Source: Brevinema sp.
GTDB lineage: Bacteria > Spirochaetota > Brevinematia > Brevinematales > Brevinemataceae
Direction: 5' to 3'
DNA: 64,000 nucleotides
Assembly: GCA_051658845.1 (NCBI GenBank)
Contig: JBOFNI010000109.1
Span: 153-64,152 of the forward strand
The number at the start of each line of letters is the position of its first letter. Position 1 is the first letter of the stretch. The position numbers and the translations under genes were made by a program. The notes under the pieces were generated by a model, which saw only the letters and a list, made by a program, of their open reading frames with translations, made no database searches and was not told the origin of the DNA. Shown one piece after another: positions 1-8,877 of this stretch.

Positions 1-426
1 TCATCTCTAGTATTGTCAATTATGATTATGCCTTACGCAGCATCATTATCTCGAGAAGCTATCTCTCTTGTCCCTGATAAACTAAAACAAGCTGGTTTTG
101 GTCTTGGAGCTAGTCGTTTTAAAGTTATTTGCCATGTAATTCTACCTTATGCACGTTCAGGGATTATTGCCGGAGTTTTACTTACTTTAGGTCGTGCTTT
201 AGGAGAAACTCTTGCCGTTACCATGGTTATCGGAAATCGTAATCAAATCCCTACTAGTCTATTTGACCCTGCTCAAACAATTTCCAGCTTAATTGCTAAC
301 GAATACGGTGAAGCAAGTGGACTAAAACAAAGTGCTTTAATTGAAGCTGGATTGGTTTTAATGATTATTGTATTATTATTCTCCTTATTAGGTAGAATAA
401 TAATACGTAAGCAAAAAACTCCTTAG
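1..426 (+). CDS. pstC: phosphate ABC transporter permease PstC, C-terminal part (5' end lies outside window)
   Basis: Frame 1 is open from base 1, with no stop before the listed Met at 13. Tail LGRALGETLAVTMVIGN is the EAA-type permease loop. pstA and pstB follow directly. Confidence 0.85.
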   Translation, partial: SSLVLSIMIMPYAASLSREAISLVPDKLKQAGFGLGASRFKVICHVILPYARSGIIAGVLLTLGRALGETLAVTMVIGNRNQIPTSLFDPAQTISSLIANEYGEASGLKQSALIEAGLVLMIIVLLFSLLGRIIIRKQKTP

Positions 427-438
427 GAGGAAGTACCG

Positions 439-1329
439 ATGAAATTTATGACCCCTAAACAACTTTCTCTTCAAGAACTTTTTTTCAAAATACTAGTTTA
501 TTTGTTCTCATTTTGTGCCTTAATCCCTCTATTTTTGATCTTATTTTTTATTATTGCCCAAGGTTTTAGATTTATTAGTCCTGGATTTTTTATTCAAGAT
601 GCTCCTGCTCCGATGGGAGACAGTCAGTTTTTTAAATTACCCTACTCTTTAATTGGTACTGCTATTGGTGGCATTAGAAACTCTTTTATAGGAATGCTTA
701 TTATTGTAGGAGTAGCAACATTATTTTCTATTCCTTTTGGTATTTTAATTGCTATCTATCTCTCCGAGAATAAATTTTCACGAATTACAAAAATTTGTTT
801 ATTGTGCGTTGATTCTCTTCAAGGAATCCCGTCTATTATTTTTGGTATTATTGCCAATTTATGGATTGTCTTAACTTTTAAATCTTATAGTGCTTTTGCT
901 GGAAGTTTTGCGTTAGCATTGATGATGCTCCCTATTATTATTAAAAGCTCTTATGAAACGCTGTTATTGATTCCTAATTCTTTAAAAGAATCAGCACTTG
1001 CTTTAGGAGTACCTTATAGTAAAGTATTACTCAAGATTGTTCTTCCCGCTGCTGCAGGAGGGATTTCCTCGGGGGTTTTACTAGGGATTTCTCGAGTACT
1101 AGGAGAAACTGCCCCTCTTTTATTCACTGCCTTTGGAAATCCTTATTTTTCTACAAATATTTGGCGACCTATGGAAACAATTGCCATGCAGATCTATAAA
1201 AATTCCACCTCTCCAAATGCCAATCTTATCGCTAATGCTTGGGGTGCTTCATTGGCTTTAGTAATTATCATTTTAATTCTTAATTTAATTGTTAAGCCTT
1301 TAATTGATAAAATCAAAATCACTTTTTAA
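439..1329 (+). CDS. pstA: phosphate ABC transporter permease PstA
   Basis: 296-aa polytopic membrane protein with permease loop GISRVLGETAPLLFTAFGN. GGAGG at 426-430 lies 8 nt upstream of the ATG. Sits between pstC and pstB. Confidence 0.88.
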   Translation: MKFMTPKQLSLQELFFKILVYLFSFCALIPLFLILFFIIAQGFRFISPGFFIQDAPAPMGDSQFFKLPYSLIGTAIGGIRNSFIGMLIIVGVATLFSIPFGILIAIYLSENKFSRITKICLLCVDSLQGIPSIIFGIIANLWIVLTFKSYSAFAGSFALALMMLPIIIKSSYETLLLIPNSLKESALALGVPYSKVLLKIVLPAAAGGISSGVLLGISRVLGETAPLLFTAFGNPYFSTNIWRPMETIAMQIYKNSTSPNANLIANAWGASLALVIIILILNLIVKPLIDKIKITF

Positions 1330-1342
1330 AAGGATTGTTTCT

Positions 1343-2155
1343 ATGGAAATTAATAATAAAAGTTTCATCACTTCGTTAGGATCTTCTAAACGACTGACAC
1401 AGACAGGATTAATAACCGTAAAAGAACTTAGTGTTTTTTATGGAGACAGTCAGGTTCTTCAATCAGTCAGTATGAATATCCCTAAACAAAGAATTATTGC
1501 CATTATGGGACCCTCTGGTTGTGGCAAATCTACCTTACTTCGTACTTTCAACCGGATGAACGAACTCATTGATGGATGCCATTATAAAGGTGCGGTATTT
1601 TTGCACGATGATAATATTTTTGAAATGGATTCTATTTTGCTTAGACGAAAAATCGGTATGGTTTTTCAACACCCCAATCCTTTTCCAACAATGAGTATTT
1701 ATCAGAATGTTATTGCTGGCTACACATTAAACGGTGCCAAACTAACCAATACGGAACGCGATCAAATAGTAGAAGAATCGCTTCGTAAAGCCGCTTTATG
1801 GGATGAAGTAAAAGACAAACTGCATAATAGAGGATCTTTCTTATCAGGAGGACAACAACAACGACTTTGTATTGCTCGAACCTTAGCCATGAAACCTGAA
1901 GTACTCCTACTGGATGAACCTACATCGGCATTGGATCCCAAATCAACGGCAATGATCGAATCCTTATTATTTGAATTAAAAAATACGGTTACCATTGTAT
2001 TAGTAACACATAATATCGCACAAGCTGGTCGAATTTCTGACTATACTGCTTTTATGTATCTAGGAGAACTTGTAGAATACGATACTACGAAAAAGATGTT
2101 TACTGTCCCTAAAGATCAAAGAACAGAAGAATATTTAACAGGAAAATTTGGTTAA
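1343..2155 (+). CDS. pstB: phosphate ABC transporter ATP-binding protein PstB
   Basis: Walker A GPSGCGKST, signature LSGGQQQRLCIARTLA, Walker B LLLDEPTSALD, and the PstB-typical MVFQHPNPFP. ATG at 1343 preferred; the track start at 1304 overlaps pstA and is a possible alternative. Confidence 0.92.
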   Translation: MEINNKSFITSLGSSKRLTQTGLITVKELSVFYGDSQVLQSVSMNIPKQRIIAIMGPSGCGKSTLLRTFNRMNELIDGCHYKGAVFLHDDNIFEMDSILLRRKIGMVFQHPNPFPTMSIYQNVIAGYTLNGAKLTNTERDQIVEESLRKAALWDEVKDKLHNRGSFLSGGQQQRLCIARTLAMKPEVLLLDEPTSALDPKSTAMIESLLFELKNTVTIVLVTHNIAQAGRISDYTAFMYLGELVEYDTTKKMFTVPKDQRTEEYLTGKFG

Positions 2156-2278
2156 TCTACTAACTCTGATTAATGATACTTCTAATAAATTAAGAGAATA
2201 TATAACCATAACTTCTTATTCTCATATTTCTTATTAAGAATATGATCAATATCTCTAAAATAGTTAAAAAATATTAAC

Positions 2279-2300
2279 ATCCCCCTAAATATAGGGGGAT
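2279..2300. terminator. hairpin between convergent pstB and lipoprotein gene
   Basis: ATCCCCCT-aaatat-AGGGGGAT, an 8-bp GC-rich stem flanked by A/T runs on both sides. Confidence 0.55.
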
Positions 2301-2343
2301 TTGATAAAAATAAGATAAACATGAGATTTCTAATTGTAAATAT

Positions 2344-2919
2344 CTACATATCAGTATTTAAAATAGAATCTACTTTCAACACAAACAGTTCATACCAATA
2401 ATGTCCATCTATAAAAAAGTTTTGATAAGGATATCTTAATTTTTGTATATAATCAACGGCTGTCCCTGTTGTCGGACTAAAACCTACAGAGTATGATAAT
2501 CCTAATGCTACCTCCATCGCAAAGGTATACATTGGATCCATATACCATACAAGAAATCCGTCTATACAAGGACCAAAATCAATAGATTTTGTCCCATGTT
2601 TTGGAACATAATATCTTTTAGTAATCTTAGGAAAAGAGATAGTAGTATGTCCCGACATAATATCTATTGGCTTAGATAACATAATATACCCATTATGATC
2701 TACCAAATAATATCTACCTTGATATTCTCGTACCGGTGTAACAACAAAATACGCTTTATTAACAGTAAGATAATAATCTGTTCGATCAGTAATCGCAATT
2801 GAACGGCCTTGTCTCATATTTGCTGTGTATTCTACATCAGAATTTGATGTATTTTTACTATCAACCACTGTACTACAAGCTGATAATACAAAAAAGATAA
2901 CTAAAGCTATGAATTTCAT
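2344..2919 (-). CDS. hypothetical lipoprotein
   Basis: 191-aa ORF with signal peptide plus lipobox (MKFIALVIFFVLSAC). No recognisable catalytic motif. Confidence 0.6.
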   Translation of the reverse strand: MKFIALVIFFVLSACSTVVDSKNTSNSDVEYTANMRQGRSIAITDRTDYYLTVNKAYFVVTPVREYQGRYYLVDHNGYIMLSKPIDIMSGHTTISFPKITKRYYVPKHGTKSIDFGPCIDGFLVWYMDPMYTFAMEVALGLSYSVGFSPTTGTAVDYIQKLRYPYQNFFIDGHYWYELFVLKVDSILNTDM

Positions 2920-3189
2920 AATTCACTCCTAAATAATATAATATATTATATTATTTATTATTTATTATTACAAATATTTTTCATTTGTTTTATATTAATT
3001 GTAAATAATACTCTATCACTCTTTATAATATATAAGATAGTTTTGGAATCAACTTACTTTTTATATGGTAACTATATACCTATATTTAAACTCCGAAAAT
3101 ATTCTTATTAATTAACTTGACAAAAATATTTATTTAAGTTATTTTATATATTAGAATCATATCAAAAATGAATATAATAAGGAAATATA

Positions 3190-3960
3190 ATGAAAAAAGT
3201 AATAATTATTAGTATTATTATCATAGGTTTAGCTGGTATATGGTATAATAGAAAAATAAATCAAATAAACAACATCAAAAAACTTATGTACAGTCAAGAT
3301 TGGTCCTATGACACTAATTGGGAAGATGTTGTGCTGACATGTGGACAGGGAAAAAGGCAATCTCCAATTAATATTATTTCACAAGAAGCAGTTACTAATA
3401 TAAACAACCCTCTTAATATTCAATACACAAATATTGTTATTTCGGGCATTGAAAATGTAGCATACGCTGTTAATGCCTATATTGAAGAGCCTGCAACGAT
3501 TCAATATCAAGGTAAAGAATTTTCTTTAATACAATTTCATTCTCATGCTGATTCTGAACACACTTTAGATGGTCAAATAATGCCCTTAGAACTTCATCTT
3601 GTACATAGCGATTCAGAAGGTGAATTAACCGTTTTGGGAATTCTATTTTCCGAAGGTGAAGCGAATCCTACTTTCCAGAAAATTTTAGATAGAACTCCTC
3701 CTACACATTATGAAAAAATTCCTCTTGAAAAAATAATTGATATTACTCAATTAATGCCTACTAACAAAGCTTTCTATAGTTATGACGGTTCACTAACCAC
3801 GCCGGAATGCAATGAAACTGTCAATTGGATTGTATTTAAAGAATCAGTACCAATATCTTCCGAACAAATTAAGGCTTTTTTAGATATAAGAAACGGAAAG
3901 AAAAACAACAGACCTATTCAAGAAATTGGAAATAGAGTTGTCCAATACTTTGGCAATTAA
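3190..3960 (+). CDS. alpha-class carbonic anhydrase with N-terminal signal/anchor
   Basis: Alpha-CA zinc-ligand motifs QFHSH (His94/96 equivalents) and ELHLVH (His119 equivalent), active-site SLTTPECNETVNWIVF, also QSPINI. Hydrophobic N-terminus KKVIIISIIIIGLAG. Confidence 0.88.
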   Translation: MKKVIIISIIIIGLAGIWYNRKINQINNIKKLMYSQDWSYDTNWEDVVLTCGQGKRQSPINIISQEAVTNINNPLNIQYTNIVISGIENVAYAVNAYIEEPATIQYQGKEFSLIQFHSHADSEHTLDGQIMPLELHLVHSDSEGELTVLGILFSEGEANPTFQKILDRTPPTHYEKIPLEKIIDITQLMPTNKAFYSYDGSLTTPECNETVNWIVFKESVPISSEQIKAFLDIRNGKKNNRPIQEIGNRVVQYFGN

Positions 3961-4008
3961 ATAATATATTTACTTTTTTGTTATGAACTGTATGGATTGG
4001 CATAATAA

Positions 4009-4101
4009 TTAATAGAACTTTTTAGTGTTAGTAAATCAACTATTAGTGAACATATTTCTAATATTATATTACAAAATATGTCTAGAATATTAAAGATATG
4101 A
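4009..4101 (+). pseudogene. 30-codon HTH-like ORF fragment (RhuM-like?), no start codon
   Basis: Translation LIELFSVSKSTISEHISNIILQNMSRILKI* resembles the (A)ELF.V....I..H..NI helix-turn-helix segment I recall from RhuM-family proteins. Bounded by a stop at 4006-4008 and has no ATG. Confidence 0.25.
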
Positions 4102-4140
4102 GTATCTATCTATGATCTTGATAAAGTTGAGATACTCATA
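4097..4140. repeat. perfect 11-bp inverted repeat (hairpin) inside element copy A
   Basis: TATGAGTATCT (4097-4107) and AGATACTCATA (4130-4140), separated by a 22-nt loop. Confidence 0.7.
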
Positions 4141-4195
4141 CAAGAGTTGAGTAAAAACAATAATTCAGAGTTGTACATGTCCCAATATCCTATGA

Positions 4196-4441
4196 ATCTA
4201 ATGTTCCTATCAACCCATACAAAGAGCGTCGGAAGCTATTAAAAGCACTTGAAGATGTTCTAAACAAAGAAGACGTACTGACATTCTTTTACCTTTTTAG
4301 TGGTCAAAAAGTATGGATTCCTTCTATCAATTCTATTAAAAGAGACTCAAAAGAAACCAATAAATCCTCCAAAGATGGCGTTCTGAGACCTCAATTTCTA
4401 CCCTTGCAATTGAATATTCTCTCTATTCGTACTAGGAAATA
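4196..4441 (+). pseudogene. frameshifted remnant of a Mor/CD3324-type small HTH activator gene (copy A)
   Basis: Open frame without ATG: ..LEDVLNKEDVLTFFYLFSGQKVWIPSINSIKRDSKE.. has the G-x-x-(V/I)-(Y/W)-I-P core. The expected C-terminal HTH (LAIEYSLYSY*) is in another frame. Confidence 0.35.
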
Positions 4442-5165
4442 ATAAAAATGTCTGTAAATATAGATATAACCTAGTGTTTGACTTTCAAGTGAAAAAACTT
4501 GGTAATATTCGACTTAATTTGGCACAAATTTAATAAAAATATCAAAAAAATGCTTTTATACATAGGTTTGAACCGACAACGAACGGTTTATAAAATTTTA
4601 CAAAAAATATTTATGAATGTTCGACCTCGTCGATAACTTTTTTTAATATCTATTGAAAATTCCTAAACATCTAAGAAATTCCATATAAAATCAATTTGTT
4701 CGACTTGATTTTATCAAATATTCCCTATTTATTTATAAATAAACTACTTACCTTATGTCAATACATTTGTCCCTTGTGCCAAACCGTAGGTCACATGACA
4801 TTTTTTATCAGTTATTATTAAATTTTACACTCTCTCCCCCAAAATAAAGAGTTTGTTACTGAATGTTATCGTAAGTTTATTATATATAATTCCATTGATC
4901 TATTAAATACACATTGAGAGATCTAAATTTATCATACTTATTCGCTTCCACTGATTATTGACAAATCTTACAAAGTTTTTATTCTTTTTCAATCTATTTT
5001 AGGATATTTTACAATATAATAACTATATTAAATACTACATTATTCTGTACGATAATAGAATTTTATCAGATAGATACAAAAACAAATATGTATTCAATAT
5101 TCCTCTTATTATTAACGGAAATATAACCACAAGTATTTTATAAAAATAGTATAGAGTTGGACATC

Positions 5166-5196
5166 AAAAGAGAAGTAAACAACTTACTTCTCTTAA
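5166..5196 (-). terminator. putative terminator downstream of thiD
   Basis: AAGAGAAGTAA-acaac-TTACTTCTCTT, an 11-bp perfect stem. On the minus strand it is followed by TTTTG. Confidence 0.55.
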
Positions 5197-5262
5197 TTTT
5201 TAAGATAACATTACTCTTATGTAGTATGATTTTAATCAATTATTAAATATGAAGCTCTAAAA

Positions 5263-6093
5263 TTACAATTCCAAATGCTCTAGACCTTCATCAACCCACC
5301 AAAGATGGTCAACAGGTCCACGACCAGCACCTAATCCCAATATTGTTGTTGAAGATAATGCTTTCGTAAGAAAATTTTTAGCTATATGAACACTAGTTTT
5401 GATATCAAAACCACGAGCTAAACAAGCGGTAATAGCGGCTGATAAGGTACATCCTGTACCATGTACATGAGGCGTGTTAATCCTAGGACTTACTAATTCT
5501 ACAATCTCTTTATTCTGAAAAATAAAAAGATCCATAGCCTGATCATTAATATAATGCCCTCCTTTGACGATAGTGGCATTAATATCCATTTTTTGAAGAG
5601 CTTGAGCAATCTCATATTGGGTCAAGGTACTGGTTACAGGATCTTCTCCAATAATAATCATCGCTTCCGGAATATTAGGAGTAATAATTGTGGCTAATGG
5701 TAGTAATTCGGTAACTAATACTTTTGTAGCTATTGGAGAAAGTAATGAAATATTACCTTTACACATCATCACAGGATCTATGACGATAGGAATATGTTGG
5801 GCATATTTTTTTAAACAACCAACAACCATCCGGATAATATCTTCATTTAAAAGCATCCCTAATTTAACAGCTTTAGGAGGTATATCTTCAAAGATCGTTT
5901 CAATTTGACCTTTTATAATAGATGTATCTATAATAAAACGTTCCTGAACACCTAAAGAATTCTGTACGGCAATTAATGTCTCCGCAGCCATCCCATAACA
6001 ACCAAATGTGGTAAAAGTTTTAATATCTGCTAAAAGACCAGCTCCTCCAGAATTATCTAATCCAGCTATTGTTAATACAGGGTATTTTAACAT
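5263..6093 (-). CDS. thiD: hydroxymethylpyrimidine/phosphomethylpyrimidine kinase (ThiD/PdxK family)
   Basis: GLDNSGGAGLLADIKTF near the N-terminus and GTGCTLSAAITACLARG near the C-terminus are ThiD-type ribokinase-fold motifs. ATG at 6093 has a GGGGG 5 nt upstream; the track start at 6105 is TTG. Confidence 0.85.
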   Translation of the reverse strand: MLKYPVLTIAGLDNSGGAGLLADIKTFTTFGCYGMAAETLIAVQNSLGVQERFIIDTSIIKGQIETIFEDIPPKAVKLGMLLNEDIIRMVVGCLKKYAQHIPIVIDPVMMCKGNISLLSPIATKVLVTELLPLATIITPNIPEAMIIIGEDPVTSTLTQYEIAQALQKMDINATIVKGGHYINDQAMDLFIFQNKEIVELVSPRINTPHVHGTGCTLSAAITACLARGFDIKTSVHIAKNFLTKALSSTTILGLGAGRGPVDHLWWVDEGLEHLEL

Positions 6094-6321
6094 ACACACC
6101 CCCAAAATAGTTTAAATCTATCATACTTATTATAACGGATTGTAAAAACAAAGTCAACATAAGTATATCTTTAGAAGTCTATAATTACAAACTATATAGA
6201 CTCTAATAAAGAGAGCAGATCTTATAATCTCCCTAAAATAAATCTTTATCTTTTAGCTAAGATATAATACGACAATCTCTCTTAATCCAATAAATCTCGT
6301 TATTTGGTTTTACAAGTTTTA

Positions 6322-7587
6322 TCAACGACCATACATAATCCATGCAGTAAGTGCCATTGATAGTCCTATCATACTTTCATAAGGAATAAGCATTAAACGA
6401 TTTTTGAAATCCATATTGGCAGAGCCTCCAGTTGCATGGAAAAACGATCCATGAGGCATATGATCCAAAACTGTAGCCCCTGTATGTACCATTGCCGCAG
6501 ACCCTAAAGGAGCAATTCCTGTGGCTAAGATTAATTCTCCAAAAGTATTTGATGCCACTGCTGTTCCAGCAGTGGTTGAAGCGGTAACAAAGCTCATTAA
6601 GATACCCGAGATAGGAGCCAGCAAACTTGCTGAAATACCAGTACTATGAAGTTGATTTACGACAACATCCGTTAGATTAGAGCTTTTGATAATACCAGCA
6701 ATACAACCAGTGCCCAGTAAAAGAAGGGCTATCCCCCCCATACGAGATAATCCAAATTCAATTTGTTCATTAATATTTTTTATTTTTCCCATAACCAAAC
6801 TACCAATAATACCGCCAAGAGGTAGAGCAATAAGCGGATCAATCGTAATATTAGCAATAGGACGAAGTGCTAAAATAGTAATCGCTACAATAGGAGCAAT
6901 TAAGGCTTGAAAAAGTGAAGGTAACTTACTTTCATCGACGGTGTCCTCCATATCTTCAGTTACAGGTAAAGGGTTAGTTTTATTTATAATAGATGTTAAC
7001 AAAAGAGTCATAGCAATAGCAACTAATGCAGGGATAAAATTCGCTGTCATTAAACTAAACAGGTCTACATTAAACGCTTCAGCAGCTGTAATAGTATTAG
7101 GGTTTGGGGATATCATATTCCCTGCTTTTCCACCGCCGATAAGAGCTAAAAGTACCGCACCTCGAGAAATCCTAGTTTGTTTGGCAATATTTAATGCAAT
7201 AGGAGCAAGAGTAATTACTGTAATATCAATAAACACACCAATAGCCGTAAGAAATACGGCAGATATAATCAAAGACAAATAAATTCCAAGAATATTTTTT
7301 TCACCAGAAAGTTTAGTAATAGAAAGACTAATACGTGTAGTAGCACCTGTTTTCACTAAAACGCCTACCAATACTCCTGCCGTAAGAATACGAAGTACCG
7401 CAGAGATAATCCCACTTGCTCCCAAGATTAAAACACTAACGGTTTGTGTAATACTTGCTCCACCAAGTAATCCTCCCAATAAAGCTCCTAGTATTAAGCT
7501 ATAAACAGGGGGATATTTTCGGATAATCCCAATAATCGCAATCAATAAACCTAATAACGCTCCAATATAAGAAATTGTAAAATCCAT
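6322..7587 (-). CDS. GntP-family (gluconate/glycerate-type) permease
   Basis: 421-aa polytopic membrane protein with GntP-like layout, 11 nt downstream of a glycerate kinase gene. Confidence 0.75.
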   Translation of the reverse strand: MDFTISYIGALLGLLIAIIGIIRKYPPVYSLILGALLGGLLGGASITQTVSVLILGASGIISAVLRILTAGVLVGVLVKTGATTRISLSITKLSGEKNILGIYLSLIISAVFLTAIGVFIDITVITLAPIALNIAKQTRISRGAVLLALIGGGKAGNMISPNPNTITAAEAFNVDLFSLMTANFIPALVAIAMTLLLTSIINKTNPLPVTEDMEDTVDESKLPSLFQALIAPIVAITILALRPIANITIDPLIALPLGGIIGSLVMGKIKNINEQIEFGLSRMGGIALLLLGTGCIAGIIKSSNLTDVVVNQLHSTGISASLLAPISGILMSFVTASTTAGTAVASNTFGELILATGIAPLGSAAMVHTGATVLDHMPHGSFFHATGGSANMDFKNRLMLIPYESMIGLSMALTAWIMYGR

Positions 7588-7598
7588 AATAATAACTC

Positions 7599-8738
7599 CT
7601 ATATAAAAGTATTTAATAAACGAATCAGCTCTCTTCCTTGCCGACGTAACCCAGAAGCTGTTTCTTCATGATCCATTGCCTCTTCAAGGCTCATTGGACG
7701 TCCAATAATAGTAAAATATGCACTAATATGAGCATCATGTAAAGAGATAGGATCTCCCTCTAAAGAACCTCCAATCGCAACAACAGGAACATTATATTTT
7801 TTTGCACGCTTTCCAATACCAGAAGGTGCTTTCCCCATCGCTGTTTGAGCATCTAAACGCCCTTCTCCTACAAAAACTAAATCTGCCTCTTTCAGTTCTT
7901 TGTCAATCTCAATTTGATCGAGAATAATTTCTATTCCTGATCGAAAAGAAGTATTGGTAAAAGCACTAAGTCCAGCTCCTATACCTCCCGCAGCTCCTGC
8001 TCCTGAGAAATGAGCAATATCTATTCCTAATTCTCTCTCCACAATAAAAGCAAAATGCTGGACGTATCCATCAAGTTGCTCTACCCTCTGAGAATCAGCT
8101 CCTTTTTGAGGACCGTAAATATAGCTCGCTCCGTTTTTACCGTATAGTGGATTATCAACATCACAGGCAACAATAAAATGACATGATTTAAGTTTAGGAT
8201 GAATATGAGCAGTATCAATAATATCAATTTTACCAAGGTTTTGACTAAGAGGGGAGAGAAGATTTTGTTCTTTATCTAAAAAACGAATCCCTAATGCAGA
8301 TAGCATCCCTATTCCTACATCGTTTGTTGCACTTCCTCCAATCGCAAGAATAATAGAATTAACACCTTGATCTAAAGCATGAGCTATCAACTGTCCTGTA
8401 CCATAAGTGCTTGTGAGTAGAGGATTACGGTTCTCCGGTTCTACAAGAGTTAATCCCGACGCCTTTGCCATTTCGATGACAGCCGTACCATCTCGAAGAA
8501 TTGTATATATAGCATTAATAGGACGACCTAAGGGGTCTTGGACAGATACCGTAACAATACGACCTCTACAATTTTCCTGTAAGCATTCCAGTGTTCCTTC
8601 CCCTCCATCAGCAACACTATACACAATCGTTTTTAATGAAGGATCTGCTTGTAAAATACCTTCTGCTAAAGCTCTACCAGCTTCTAAAGAGCTTAGACTA
8701 CCTTTAAACGAATCTAAAGCGATAATGATTTTTTTCAT
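7599..8738 (-). CDS. glxK: glycerate kinase
   Basis: MKKIIIALDSFKGSLSS N-terminus, ADGGEGT, and C-terminal GEGRLDAQTAMGKAP are glycerate kinase family hallmarks. ATG at 8738 preferred over TTG at 8753. Confidence 0.88.
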   Translation of the reverse strand: MKKIIIALDSFKGSLSSLEAGRALAEGILQADPSLKTIVYSVADGGEGTLECLQENCRGRIVTVSVQDPLGRPINAIYTILRDGTAVIEMAKASGLTLVEPENRNPLLTSTYGTGQLIAHALDQGVNSIILAIGGSATNDVGIGMLSALGIRFLDKEQNLLSPLSQNLGKIDIIDTAHIHPKLKSCHFIVACDVDNPLYGKNGASYIYGPQKGADSQRVEQLDGYVQHFAFIVERELGIDIAHFSGAGAAGGIGAGLSAFTNTSFRSGIEIILDQIEIDKELKEADLVFVGEGRLDAQTAMGKAPSGIGKRAKKYNVPVVAIGGSLEGDPISLHDAHISAYFTIIGRPMSLEEAMDHEETASGLRRQGRELIRLLNTFI

Positions 8739-8877
8739 TATTTTACCTACCAATGGAATTCATAAAGATTGTATTTTTATTTATATTGGAGTTGTTTAAT
8801 CATAAACTATTTAGCGATTTCTACCAACAATTTTAATCACAAGGCTACTAGTATTTTGGCATACTCTGTAACTAGTA

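Larger units (their letters stand above)
3981..4800 (+). mobile_element. decayed TIR-bounded repeat element, copy A (no transposase)
   Basis: Aligns by eye with the reverse complement of 21724-22287; core 4247-4640 vs rc 22147-21781 is roughly 80-85% identical. Imperfect ~21-nt termini: TTATGAACTGTATGGATTGGC at 3981 and GCCAAACCGTAGGTCACATGACA ending at 4800. Contains only broken ORF fragments. Confidence 0.6.

Noticed and set aside
1304-1342. Upstream start for pstB overlapping pstA by 26 nt; likewise the 20-codon N-terminal extension of fabD (9757-9816) and the extensions of mglA, dnaX and the 630-aa ORF.
   Set aside because: The internal ATGs coincide with the conserved protein N-termini and have better-placed purine-rich RBSs. 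The extensions are low-complexity or start at non-ATG codons.
1762-1995. Antisense ORF inside pstB. Other tracked ORFs of the same kind: 5690-5908, 8407-8799, 12669-12887, 16966-17172, 20530-20733, 22606-23236, 27684-28557, 29818-30661, 32273-32530, 34786-35001, 35539-35769, 37606-37827, 39750-40019, 41604-41864, 46921-47273, 47584-47778, 49868-50761, 52820-55073, 60642-60839, 62096-62916.
   Set aside because: All lie opposite to or out of frame within long ORFs that have clear family motifs. They are low-complexity translations with no RBS or motif support, i.e. shadow ORFs.
6094-6321. Looked for a TPP riboswitch in the thiD leader.
   Set aside because: No CTGAGA / ACCTGATCTGGATAATGCCAGCG-like core on the minus strand. 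The region is plain AT-rich DNA.
6686-7282. Two antisense ORFs (74 and 113 aa) inside the GntP permease gene.
   Set aside because: Shadow frames of a membrane-protein gene; no independent evidence.
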